Source of the DNA: Gaiellaceae bacterium
GTDB lineage: Bacteria; Actinomycetota; Thermoleophilia; Gaiellales; Gaiellaceae
Direction: 5' to 3'
DNA: 64,000 bases
Assembly (NCBI GenBank): GCA_046262635.1
Contig: JBHEMK010000067.1
Location: 8,152-72,151, forward strand
Each line of letters begins with the position of its first letter. Within the stretch, counting starts at the first letter, position 1. Made by a program: the position numbers and the translations under genes. Below, piece after piece: positions 18,908-28,048 of the stretch. The notes under the pieces were generated by a model. That model did not search any database. It was not told the DNA's origin and saw only the letters and a list, made by a program, of their open reading frames with translations.

Positions 18908-18947
18908 GCTAGCCGGCGGCCTCCCCTCCCCGCCCTCGCCGGCTAGC
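18908..18947 (+). promoter_or_regulatory. 5'-UTR hairpin with C-rich loop upstream of gltB; copy 1 of a repeated palindromic element
   Basis: GCTAGCCGGCG-gcctcccctccccgccct-CGCCGGCTAGC has an 11-bp perfect stem. It is preceded by ACGCGCG. Confidence 0.45.
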
Positions 18948-18973
18948 TGCTATTCCCCGGGCGGGCCCCTCGA

Positions 18974-21900
18974 TTGAAAGGTGTGCCGGTGCCGCGTCCT
19001 TCGGCGCTCGACATCGCGACCGGCGAGCGTGATGCCTGTGGCATCGGCTTCGTCGCCCGGCTCTCGGGTGAGCCCTCGCATGACGTCCTCGCCTCGCTTC
19101 TCGAGGCCCTCCGTCGCGTGCGCCACCGTGGAGCCGTGGCGGCCGACCACCGCTCGGGCGACGGTGCCGGCGTGCTCCTCCCCCTGCCGCGGGCGCTCCA
19201 GCCCGAGCCGGGCGCCGGGCTCGCGATGGTCTTTCTGCGCGGGCCGGGCGGCCGGCTCGCGGTCGAGGAGGCGTGTGGCGCCGAGGGAATCGCCGTTCGC
19301 AGCTGGCGGGTGGTTCCCACCGACCCCGACGCGCTCGGCCCCGGCGCCCGGTCGTCGGCGCCGCTGATCGCCCAGGCGGTGCTCGAGCCGCCGCCCGATG
19401 CCCGCGACGGCGGCGAGCTGGCGGCGTTCCTCGCGCGCAAGCGGCTCGACGGCGGGGACGCGGTCTACGCCGCCTCGCTGTCGTTTCGCACCGTCGTCTA
19501 CAAGGCGCTCTGCGCCGCGGACCAGCTCGACGCGTTCTACGCCGACCTGCGCGATCCGGCGGTGGAGGTCGCTTTCGGGGTCTTCCACCAACGCTTCTCG
19601 ACGAACACCGAACCCTCGTGGGAGCGCGCCCAGCCCTTCCGACTGCTGTGCCACAACGGCGAGATCAACGCGATCCGCGGCAACGTCAACTGGATGCGTG
19701 CACGAGCCGGCTCGCTCGGTTGGGACACCGAGCTCGGCGGCCCCGTCCTCGACGAGTCGAGCTCCGACTCGGGGATGCTCGACAACGCGCTGGAGCTGCT
19801 CGTGCGCGGAGGCCGCGACGTGCACCACGCCCTCGCGATGCTCGTGCCCCCGGCCTGGCAGGAGGACGCCGAGCTCGACCGCCCGGTCCGCGACTTCTAC
19901 CGGTTCCACGCCGGCCTCGTCGAGCCCTGGGACGGCCCGGCCGGAATCGTCTTCACCGACGGCCGGGTCGTCGGCGCGGCGCTCGACCGTAACGGACTGC
20001 GCCCGCTCCGGTATGCCGTCGGGGGCGGGCTTGTCTGCTGCGCGTCCGAGGCCGGCGTCTTCGACTTCCCCGAGGGGACGACCGTGCGCCGCGGGCGACT
20101 CGGTCCCGGCGAGATGCTCGTCGTCGACCCGGAGGGGGGCCTCCAGCACGACCAAGAGATCAAGGCGCGCCTCGCCGCCGCCTCCCCGTACGGGCGCTGG
20201 CTCTCGGAGTGGCGGCGAGCGGCGTCGACGGGGCAGCCCGTCCCTCCGCCCGACGAGGATCTCGCCGGTCGCCACGTCCTCTTCGGCTACACGCGTGAGG
20301 AGCTGTCCGTGATCGTCCGCCCCTCGGCCGCCCGCGGGCACGAACCGACCTCCTCGATGGGCGACGACACCGCTCTGCCGCTGCTCGCCGGTCGGGCGCG
20401 GCCGCTCTACAGCTATTTCCGCCAGCGCTTCGCGCAGGTGACGAACCCGGCGATCGATCACATCCGCGAGCGCTTCGTGATGTCGCTCGGCACGCTGCTC
20501 GGCGCGCGCGCGCCGCTGCTCGTCGAGGCTCCGGAGGACGCGGCGGGGATTGAGCTGGAGAGCTTTTTCCTCTTCCCGTCCGCGCTCCAGGAGCTCGCGG
20601 TCGTCCGCCTCGATGCGACCTTCGATCCCTCGGAGGGACTCGCCGGCGCCTGCGCCCGGCTTGGCTCCGCGGCAGAGGCGGCCGTGCGGGAAGGGCACGG
20701 GATGCTCCTCCTCTCCGATGCCGGGGCCTCTCCGGGGCGGCCGCCCGTGCCGATGCTGCTCGCGACCTCCACCGTGCACCACCGGCTCGTTCGAGCCGGC
20801 ATGCGGACGCTCGCGACGCTGGTCGTGGAGAGCGACGAGCCGCGCGAGGTGCACCACTTTGCCTGCCTGCTCGGCTTCGGAGCCGAGGCGATCTCGCCTC
20901 GGCTCGCGCTCCAGACCGTCGCCGCCCTGGCCGAGGCGGACCGGATCGGCGGCGACCGGCCCTCGCCCGCCGCGGCGCAGCTGCGCTTCAGGCAGTCGGT
21001 CGAGGACGGCGTCCTCAAGGTGATGTCGAAGATGGGCATCTCCGACGTCGCGAGCTACTGCGGAGCGCAGATCTTCGACGCCCTCGGTCTCGACCGGGCG
21101 CTCGTCCAGTCCGCATTCCCGGGGACGCCGTCGGGAGTCGGCGGGATCGGGCTGGCCGAGCTCGAGGCAGAGACCGTCGCCCGGGCGGGCGCGGGCGCCG
21201 GGGCGAAGCCGAGGCTCGAGAACCCCGGCTACGTGAAGTTCCGCAAGGGCGGCGAGCCGCACGCAACGACCCCGGAGGTCGTCGACGCGCTCCAGGCGGC
21301 CGTCGGCACCAGCGACCTCGCGGCCGCGCATGCGCTGCGCCGGGCCGTGACGGCGGACGGCGGCTCGGCCGCCTATGCCCGCTTCGCCGCGCTCGTCAAC
21401 GGGCGCGAGCCGATGGAGCTCCGCGACCTGCTCGAGTTGAGCCCGGCGGAGCGCCCTGTTTCCCTCGACGAGGTCGAGCCGGCGGAGTCCCTCGTCAAGC
21501 GGTTCTCGAGCGGCGGCATGTCGCACGGCGCCCTGTCGGCGGAGGCGCACGAGACGATCGCGATCGCCTTCAACAACCTCGGCGGCCGCTCAAACTGCGG
21601 CGAGGGAGGGGAGGATCCCGCCCGCTACCGCACCGACCGGAACTCGCGCATCAAGCAGATCGCCTCCGGGCGCTTCGGGGTCACGGCCGCGTACGCCGCC
21701 TTCGCCTCGGAGCTCCAGATCAAGATCGCCCAGGGCTCGAAGCCGGGCGAGGGGGGCCAGTTGCCCGGCCACAAGGTCAGTCCCGAGATCGCGCGCCTGC
21801 GCCACACCCGGCCCGGGATCGCCCTGATCTCTCCGCCGCCCCACCACGACATCTACTCGATCGAGGATCTCGCGCAGCTGATCTTCGACCTGAAGCAGGT

Positions 21901-23359
21901 CAACCCCGCCGCGGACGTCTCAGTCAAGCTCGTCGCCGAGGCCGGCGTCGGCCTCGTCGCCGCCGGGGTCGTCAAGGCGCTCGCCGACGTCGTCCACATC
22001 GCCGGCGCCGACGGCGGCACGGGCGCGAGCCCGCTCTCCTCGATCAAACACGCGGGCGGCCCGTGGGAGCTCGGCCTCGTCGAGGCACAGCGGGCGCTCG
22101 TCGAGAACGGCCTGCGCGGACGGGCGCGGCTCCGCGTCGACGGCGGGATCAAGACTGGGCGCGACGTCGTCGTCGCTGCCCTCCTCGGCGCCGACGAGGT
22201 CAGCTTCGGCACCGCGCTCCTCCTCGCCGAAGGCTGTCTGATGGTCCGCTCCTGCCACGTCGACACCTGTCCGGTCGGGATCGCGACGCAGCGGCCGGAG
22301 CTGCGGGCCAAGTTCGGCGGGACGCCGGCGATGATCGAGAACTACCTGCTCCTCGTCGCGGAGGAGGTCAGGCGCCACCTCGCCGCGCTCGGCCTGCGCA
22401 CGTTCGACGAGGCGGTCGGCCGCAGCGACCTGCTGCGCCGCCGAGGCCCGGGCGGCGGGCGCTCGAGCCTGCTGGAGCTCGACGCGCTGGTCGTGCCGCC
22501 CGCGGGCGGCGACCTCCGCTACGCGGGCCAAGCCACTCCGGTGGCCTCGGGAGGCGAGCTGGGCGAGCGGGTCGCAGCCGACCCGCGGCGCCGCGAGCCG
22601 AGCTACCGGATCCACAACCGCGATCGTGCCGTCGGCGCCCGCCTCGCGGGCGAGCTCGCCCGCGTCGGCGGGCGTAGCGGCGCACTTCGCCGCTACCACT
22701 TCCAGGGCACCGCGGGCCAGAGCTTCGGGGCGTTCCTTCCCGACGGCGTCGAGTTCGTCCTCGACGGCGACGCGAACGACTACGTCGGCAAGAGCCTGAG
22801 CGGCGGCCGGATCGTCATCCGCCCGCCGGCCGGCGACGCGGGCGACCCCTGCCTCGCCGGCAACACGCTGCTCTACGGGGCCACCGGAGGCGATCTCTAC
22901 TGCGCGGGCTCGGCCGGCGAGCGCTTCGCCGTCCGCAACTCGGGCGCGACCGCGGTCGTCGAGGGGGTGGGCTCGAACGCCTGCGAGTACATGACAAGCG
23001 GGACGGTGGTCGTCCTCGGGCCGATCGGCCGCAATCTCGCGGCCGGCATGACCGGCGGCGAGGTCTTCGTCCACGACCCGCACGGTCTGCTGCCGCTGCG
23101 GCTCAACGGCCAGCTCGTGACCGCGGAGAGGCCGGACGCCGAGGCCGCCGACCGGCTCGAGGCCCTGCTCGAGCGGCACCGGGGCCACACGGGCTCGGCG
23201 CGGGCCGCCGGGCTGCTCCTCGCCTGGCCGCGAGCGGCGGACGAGTTCCGGCTGGTTCGGCCCCGGGCCGAGGTGGGGCGAATCGAGGCGGAGGCCGAGG
23301 GAACCGAGCAGACGGAGCCCGCCGCCGACCGGGACGGCTTGGGCGTCCCGGCTGCGTAG
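18974..23359 (+). CDS. gltB: glutamate synthase large subunit
   Basis: 1461 aa with the Ntn-amidotransferase Cys in GERDACGIGFVA, a central FMN/Fe-S domain, and the C-terminal GXGXG domain YVGKSLSGGRIVI. The start is ambiguous (TTG 18974, or GTG 18983/18989 with GAAAGG). Confidence 0.95.
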   Translation: MKGVPVPRPSALDIATGERDACGIGFVARLSGEPSHDVLASLLEALRRVRHRGAVAADHRSGDGAGVLLPLPRALQPEPGAGLAMVFLRGPGGRLAVEEACGAEGIAVRSWRVVPTDPDALGPGARSSAPLIAQAVLEPPPDARDGGELAAFLARKRLDGGDAVYAASLSFRTVVYKALCAADQLDAFYADLRDPAVEVAFGVFHQRFSTNTEPSWERAQPFRLLCHNGEINAIRGNVNWMRARAGSLGWDTELGGPVLDESSSDSGMLDNALELLVRGGRDVHHALAMLVPPAWQEDAELDRPVRDFYRFHAGLVEPWDGPAGIVFTDGRVVGAALDRNGLRPLRYAVGGGLVCCASEAGVFDFPEGTTVRRGRLGPGEMLVVDPEGGLQHDQEIKARLAAASPYGRWLSEWRRAASTGQPVPPPDEDLAGRHVLFGYTREELSVIVRPSAARGHEPTSSMGDDTALPLLAGRARPLYSYFRQRFAQVTNPAIDHIRERFVMSLGTLLGARAPLLVEAPEDAAGIELESFFLFPSALQELAVVRLDATFDPSEGLAGACARLGSAAEAAVREGHGMLLLSDAGASPGRPPVPMLLATSTVHHRLVRAGMRTLATLVVESDEPREVHHFACLLGFGAEAISPRLALQTVAALAEADRIGGDRPSPAAAQLRFRQSVEDGVLKVMSKMGISDVASYCGAQIFDALGLDRALVQSAFPGTPSGVGGIGLAELEAETVARAGAGAGAKPRLENPGYVKFRKGGEPHATTPEVVDALQAAVGTSDLAAAHALRRAVTADGGSAAYARFAALVNGREPMELRDLLELSPAERPVSLDEVEPAESLVKRFSSGGMSHGALSAEAHETIAIAFNNLGGRSNCGEGGEDPARYRTDRNSRIKQIASGRFGVTAAYAAFASELQIKIAQGSKPGEGGQLPGHKVSPEIARLRHTRPGIALISPPPHHDIYSIEDLAQLIFDLKQVNPAADVSVKLVAEAGVGLVAAGVVKALADVVHIAGADGGTGASPLSSIKHAGGPWELGLVEAQRALVENGLRGRARLRVDGGIKTGRDVVVAALLGADEVSFGTALLLAEGCLMVRSCHVDTCPVGIATQRPELRAKFGGTPAMIENYLLLVAEEVRRHLAALGLRTFDEAVGRSDLLRRRGPGGGRSSLLELDALVVPPAGGDLRYAGQATPVASGGELGERVAADPRRREPSYRIHNRDRAVGARLAGELARVGGRSGALRRYHFQGTAGQSFGAFLPDGVEFVLDGDANDYVGKSLSGGRIVIRPPAGDAGDPCLAGNTLLYGATGGDLYCAGSAGERFAVRNSGATAVVEGVGSNACEYMTSGTVVVLGPIGRNLAAGMTGGEVFVHDPHGLLPLRLNGQLVTAERPDAEAADRLEALLERHRGHTGSARAAGLLLAWPRAADEFRLVRPRAEVGRIEAEAEGTEQTEPAADRDGLGVPAA

Positions 23360-23466
23360 ATCGCCTCACGCGACGACGCGGTCGAAGGCCCGTGAGCGGA
23401 TAGTCTCCCTGCGGCGCGCGGCCCGCTGTGGCTGGGGATTCGAGGGCCGCGGCTAGACTCCCGCAG

Positions 23467-23820
23467 ATGACGGCACACACACTCGAGAGCACCGACGAGA
23501 GGCGCGATGCGGTCGCCGCGTCCGCGGACATCATCGGTGCGAAGTGGACCGCGCTCCTGATTTACGACCTCGCCGCAGGCACGAGGCGGTTCCGCGAGCT
23601 CGAGCAGTCGTGCTCGGGGATCAGCAGCCGGACGCTGGCCGAGCGCCTGCGCGCGCTCGAGCGGACCGGCATCGTCCGCCGTCGCAGCTACCCCGAGTCG
23701 CCGCCGCGGGTCGAGTACGAGCTGACCGAAAAAGGGCAGGACCTCCTGCCGATCATCGACGCGATGACCGCATTCGGGCGCTCGTGGGCAGCGATCTCCG
23801 CGGCGCCGCTCGCCCGCTAG
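23467..23820 (+). CDS. HxlR-family winged-helix transcriptional regulator
   Basis: IIGAKWTALLIYDLAAGTRRFRELEQSCSGISSRTLAERLRALERTGIVRRRSYPESPPRVEYELTEKG. Either ATG 23467 or GTG 23428 is a possible start. Confidence 0.85.
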   Translation: MTAHTLESTDERRDAVAASADIIGAKWTALLIYDLAAGTRRFRELEQSCSGISSRTLAERLRALERTGIVRRRSYPESPPRVEYELTEKGQDLLPIIDAMTAFGRSWAAISAAPLAR

Positions 23821-25001
23821 ACCCCGAGCGCTGCGAGCAGCGTGTCGACGTCCGGGCCGATCTCCTCGGCCGCGAGCACGTCCTGGTCGCCGTAGGGCTC
23901 GAGTGCGCTGCCGGTGAGGACCAGCACCACCTGCTCGCCGTTCGCGATCGCGCCTGTCCGGACGAGCTCGAGCAGCGCACCGACGGCGACGCCGCCGGCC
24001 GAGTCGGCGGGCACACCGGCCAGCTCGGCCAGGAACCCCGTATGCGCTGCGATCTGCTCCTCGGCCACGGCGTGGATCGCGCCGCCCGACATGCGCGCCG
24101 CCCCGACGGCCAGCTCCCCGTACGCCGGATCGCCGATCGCCAGGGAGCGCGCCTCCGTGTCCGGGCGCACCCGCGACGGCTGGCGGTCCTCCGCCCACGC
24201 GGCCGCGAGCGGCGGGCACCCGCTCGCCTGCGCGCCGTAGAGCCGCGGTGAGGCCCCGTCAGCGGCCCCGAGGGTGACGAGCTCGTTGAAGCCCTGGGCG
24301 AGCTTGGCGAAGAGGGTGCCTGACGCTACCGGCAGTACGACGGCATCCGGCAGGCCGCCGAGCTGCTCGGCGAGCTCAAACGCGATCGTCTTTGCACCCT
24401 CTGCGGCCATCGCATGCAGGTTGCCCCCGACGAACCCCCAGGGGAACAGCCCTTCCAGCTCGCGCTCGAGTTTGCAGCAGTCGTCGAAGCTGCCGGTGAC
24501 GCCGAAGACCCGGGCCCCATAGGTCTGCACCGGCACGAGCGGCAGGTCCTCGCTCGGGCAGAGGACGACCGCCTCGAGCCCGGCCGCGGCGCAGCGGGCG
24601 GCGACCGCCTCCGCGAGATTCCCGGTGGAAGCGCAGCAGACGGTCTCGAAGCCGAACGCCTCGGCCGCGGCGACCGCCGTCGCGGCGAGCCGGTCCTTGA
24701 ACGAGTGGGTGGGATTCGCGCCCTCGAGCTTGAGCAGGAGCTCGACCCCGAGGATCTGGGAGAGCCGAGGGGCTGGCACGAGCGGGGTCATTCCGGGCGA
24801 GCTGGACTCTGCCGGTACGTGCGGCAGCAGATCGGCGTAGCGCCACATCGACTGCGGCGACGAGCCGTTCCCGGGCACGAGCCGCGCCCCCGAGAGGTCG
24901 TAGTCGACGTCGAGCGGGCCGTGACAGGCCGTGCAGGCCGCACGGGGTGCCAGGGCCTGGGTCCGCTCGCAGAGCCGACAGCGGAGAACCGCCGCTCTCA
25001 T
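23817..25001 (-). CDS. ThrC-family PLP enzyme with N-terminal Cys4 zinc ribbon (second long-form paralogue)
   Basis: 394 aa with CRLCERTQ..CTACHGPLDVDYDL, LKLEGANPTHSFKDR and CASTGNLAEAVAA. GGAGGCGGAG lies before the ATG. Its 3' end overlaps the HxlR gene by 4 nt. Confidence 0.9.
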   Translation of the reverse strand: MRAAVLRCRLCERTQALAPRAACTACHGPLDVDYDLSGARLVPGNGSSPQSMWRYADLLPHVPAESSSPGMTPLVPAPRLSQILGVELLLKLEGANPTHSFKDRLAATAVAAAEAFGFETVCCASTGNLAEAVAARCAAAGLEAVVLCPSEDLPLVPVQTYGARVFGVTGSFDDCCKLERELEGLFPWGFVGGNLHAMAAEGAKTIAFELAEQLGGLPDAVVLPVASGTLFAKLAQGFNELVTLGAADGASPRLYGAQASGCPPLAAAWAEDRQPSRVRPDTEARSLAIGDPAYGELAVGAARMSGGAIHAVAEEQIAAHTGFLAELAGVPADSAGGVAVGALLELVRTGAIANGEQVVLVLTGSALEPYGDQDVLAAEEIGPDVDTLLAALGV

Positions 25002-25022
25002 CTCTCCGCCTCCGGTGAAGCT

Positions 25023-25058
25023 GCTAGTCGGTGGGGCGGAGAGCCGGCTAGCGCGCGT
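25023..25058 (-). promoter_or_regulatory. 5'-UTR hairpin with C-rich loop upstream of the ThrC paralogue; copy 2 of the repeated palindromic element
   Basis: Minus strand ACGCGCGCTAGCCGG-ctctccgcccca-CCGaCTAGC. Loop CTCTCCGCC is the exact complement of the RBS stretch GGCGGAGAG just before the ATG. Confidence 0.4.
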
Positions 25059-25112
25059 GCGGGCGCACGATCACGAGAATCTCGAGCTCAAACATGATCG
25101 TCGCGCCCACCA

Positions 25113-25568
25113 TTGGTCAGAGGGTACTGGACCTGCCTGCACCGCGCAACGCGACGACCCTCGCCGGTGTTCAGGAGCGCGGCCGCGATGCCGGCGATCG
25201 AGGCATCTTCGGCAGCCGCACCTCCTCGTCGCCGGCCCGAACAGCTATCTCGACCTGAACGAGCTGCGCTCGCGCGGTCTCGCGTGGTCGGAGCTGCTCG
25301 CGGGCCGGGTCGGCGAGGCCGTCCGCGTCGGTGTCCCGCACGGCGACGGGGTCCTGATCATCCACCACGTGTTCCGTCCCGACGCAAGCCTGCAGATCCT
25401 CGAGGTCGGAGCGCTACACGCACATCTCCGCCGCGGCGCTGCGCCGCGAGCTGGCCCTCGTGCGCGACCGGCGGCTACGCCCTCGAGCGGGAGGAGGCGG
25501 TGCTCGGCGAGGGGGCGATCGGCGTCGCGGCCCGCGCGAGCGAGTGCTTCGGCGCACGCCCGAGGTAA
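25113..25568 (+). pseudogene. decayed IclR-family regulator (effector-domain remnants in at least two frames, no intact HTH)
   Basis: Frame 1: ELLAGRVGEAVRVGVPHGDGVLIIHHVFRPDASLQILEVGA. Other frames: AALRRELALVRDR and GYALEREEAVLGEGAIGVAA. No continuous ORF joins them. Confidence 0.5.
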
Positions 25569-25637
25569 CCGTGGCTGCCGCCGTGATCGAGGCCCTCGCG
25601 GGATCTCGCGCGGCCTCGGCGCCCCCCGCTGGCCCGG

Positions 25638-26846
25638 CTAGCGTCCGATCCGGTCGCGGGCGGCAGCGAGCGCGGCCCGGACCCCGCCGGGACCGGGCGC
25701 GCGGCGAGCCGCAGGGGCCGGCGGCTCGAAGGTCCCCGCGCGCACGTCGGCCGCCACGCGCTCGTGCGCGTCGCGGAACGGCACGCCTTCGAGCACGAGC
25801 GCCTCGGCCGCATCGGTCGCCCCGAGCAGCGGGTCGGCCGTGGCCGCGGCGAGGGCGTCGCGGTCGAAGTCGATGCCGGCGACGAGCACCGCCAGCGCCC
25901 CGAGGGCTCCGCGCACGTCGCGCCGCGCGGCGAAGACCGGCTCCTTGTCTTCCTGCAGGTCGCGGTTGTAGGCGAGCGGCAGTCCCTTCAGCGTCGCGAG
26001 CAGTCCCGTCAGGCGGCCGACCGCGGTGCCCCCCTTCCCCCGGACGAGCTCGGCGACGTCCGGATTGAGCTTCTGCGGCATCATGGACGAGCCGCTCGAC
26101 GCCTCCTCGGGAAGGTGGGCGAAGCCGAACTCGGTGGTCACCCAGAGGCAGAGCTCCTCGCCGATCCGCGACAGGTGCGAATGGAGCACGGCGCAGGCGT
26201 AGAGGTAGTCGAGCGCGAAGTCGCGATCGGCGACGGCGTCGAGTGAGTTGCGCATCTGCTCCGGCGGCGCCGCGAGCGGCAGCGTCGAGCCGGCCAGCGC
26301 GCCGGCGCCGAGCGGCGACGGCCGCGCCTGGGCGGCGGCGAACCCGAAGCGCGTCTCGTCGCGCTCGAGCATCTCGATCCAGGCGAGCAGGTGGTGCCCG
26401 ACCGTGACCGGCTGGGCGCGCTGGAGGTGCGTGTAGCCCGGCATCGGCGTGCCGGCTTCCGCCTCGGCCCGCTCGAGGACGACTCGCGCGAAGGAGTGAA
26501 TCGCCTCGACCGCCTCCCCGCAGGCATCCTCGACGTAGAGGCGCAGCGCCGCGGCCACCTGATCGTTGCGAGAGCGGCCAGCGTGGATCTTCCGTCCGAT
26601 CCCGCCGAGCTGGCGCTCGATCGCCGAATGCACGTCCTCGTCGGCTCGATCGACCGCGGCGATCGCCGCCAGCAGCGTCTGGGCCTCGGCGAGCTCCTCG
26701 TCTGTGAGGATCCCGGCGGCGGCGAGCCGCCGCGCGTGCAGCGCGGTCGCCCGGAGGTCGTACGGCAGTAGCTCGGCGTCCTCGACCCGGAGGAAGTTCC
26801 AGACCTCGGGCGCGAGCTGCGCGCCGACCCGGCCGGCCCAGAGCAT
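25638..26846 (-). CDS. argH: argininosuccinate lyase
   Basis: ATG 26846 inside ORF 25638..27605. Motifs: MLWAGRV, GRSRNDQV and the fumarate-lyase signature GSSMMPQKLNPD. Length is 402 aa. Confidence 0.9.
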   Translation of the reverse strand: MLWAGRVGAQLAPEVWNFLRVEDAELLPYDLRATALHARRLAAAGILTDEELAEAQTLLAAIAAVDRADEDVHSAIERQLGGIGRKIHAGRSRNDQVAAALRLYVEDACGEAVEAIHSFARVVLERAEAEAGTPMPGYTHLQRAQPVTVGHHLLAWIEMLERDETRFGFAAAQARPSPLGAGALAGSTLPLAAPPEQMRNSLDAVADRDFALDYLYACAVLHSHLSRIGEELCLWVTTEFGFAHLPEEASSGSSMMPQKLNPDVAELVRGKGGTAVGRLTGLLATLKGLPLAYNRDLQEDKEPVFAARRDVRGALGALAVLVAGIDFDRDALAAATADPLLGATDAAEALVLEGVPFRDAHERVAADVRAGTFEPPAPAARRAPGPGGVRAALAAARDRIGR

Positions 26847-28048
26847 CAAACCGCTGCGGCCTTTCGCTCCCGTGCGGCCACGAGCACGGTCTCGAGCGCG
26901 GTGATCGCGATCAGTCCCTCCGCCGCCCGGTGGGGAAACGTCTCGCCCGTCGCGTACGAGGCGAGCGTCTCGGCATAGAGCGCATACTCCGACCGCCGCC
27001 CCGCGACCGTGGCAAGACCTGCGTGCAGGAGGAGGCGCACCTCGCCGGTGACGAGCTCCTGGGTCTTCGCGAAGAAGGCGTCGTAGGCCTCCCGGACCGG
27101 CGAGAACCAGAAGCCGTCGTAGACGAGCTTGGCCCACTTCGGCTCGAGCTCGCGTTTCGCGGCGGCCTCGCCCGTGGTCAGGATCAGATCCTCGAGTGCC
27201 GAGTGCGCGGTGATCAGTCCGATCGCCGCCGGGGCCTCGTAGAGCTCGCGGCTCTTGATCCCGACCGCGCGGTTCTCGATCATGTCGATCCGCCCGATCC
27301 CGTACGGTCCCGCCAGCCCGTTCAGGGCGGTGATCAACGCGTGCAGCGGCAGCTCCTCCCCGTCGAGCGAGACGGGTCTGCCCTCCTCGAAGCCGACGAC
27401 GACCTCGAGCGGCGCGGGCGCAACCGACGGCGACGCCGTCAGCACGAACGCATCCTCGGGCGGCGCCGCCCACGGGTCCTCGAGCACGCCCGCCTCGATC
27501 GCCCGGCCGAAGAGGTTGTCGTCGATCGAGTAGGGCGAGCCCTGGGTTGCCTCGACGGGGATGCCGCGGGACTCGGCGTAGGCGATCTCCTCGTCCCGCG
27601 TCCACACGGTGTCGCGCAGCGGCGCGATCACCTTCACGCCCGGAAACTTCGCCTTGAACGCGAGCTCGAACCGGAGCTGGTCGTTCCCTTTGCCGGTACA
27701 GCCGTGGGCGACCGCCTCCGCGCCGAGCTCGAGCCCGAGCGCCGCGACGGCCTCGGCGATCACCGGACGCGAGAGTGCGGAGATCAGCGGGTACTTGCCC
27801 TCGTAGAGCGCGTTCGCGGCGAGGGACTTCGCCACCTGCTCGTTGGCGAAGGCCTCCTTGCGGTCGAGCAGGATCACGTCATCGGCGCCGGCCGCCTGCC
27901 CGCGTGCGCAGGCGGGCTGGAAGTCGGCGGTCTGGCCCACGTCCACGATCACGGCGACGATCTCGTCGTAGCCGTAGTCCTCCTTCAGCCAGCTGATCAT
28001 GCAGCTCGTGTCGAGGCCGCCCGAGTAGGCGAGCACGGCGGTCTTCAT
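26846..28048 (-). CDS. argG: argininosuccinate synthase
   Basis: 400 aa with VLAYSGGLDTS. The stop overlaps the argH ATG by 1 nt. Confidence 0.95.
   Translation of the reverse strand: MKTAVLAYSGGLDTSCMISWLKEDYGYDEIVAVIVDVGQTADFQPACARGQAAGADDVILLDRKEAFANEQVAKSLAANALYEGKYPLISALSRPVIAEAVAALGLELGAEAVAHGCTGKGNDQLRFELAFKAKFPGVKVIAPLRDTVWTRDEEIAYAESRGIPVEATQGSPYSIDDNLFGRAIEAGVLEDPWAAPPEDAFVLTASPSVAPAPLEVVVGFEEGRPVSLDGEELPLHALITALNGLAGPYGIGRIDMIENRAVGIKSRELYEAPAAIGLITAHSALEDLILTTGEAAAKRELEPKWAKLVYDGFWFSPVREAYDAFFAKTQELVTGEVRLLLHAGLATVAGRRSEYALYAETLASYATGETFPHRAAEGLIAITALETVLVAARERKAAAV

Noticed and set aside
18902-18917. The identical 16-mer ACGCGCGCTAGCCGGC shared with 25043..25058, taken as proof of a functional motif on its own.
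   Set aside because: A back-of-envelope estimate for this base composition gives tens of chance 16-mer matches between two strands of 64 kb, so identity alone is not significant. It is kept as a finding only because both copies are intergenic, share orientation and hairpin architecture, and have C-rich loops.
18543-18973. A glutamine riboswitch or GlnR box (GTnAC-N6-GnAAC) upstream of gltB.
   Set aside because: No match to the glnA-RNA core and no convincing GlnR half-sites were found. Only the GAAAG-N9-CTTTC repeat is present, and it is reported at low confidence.
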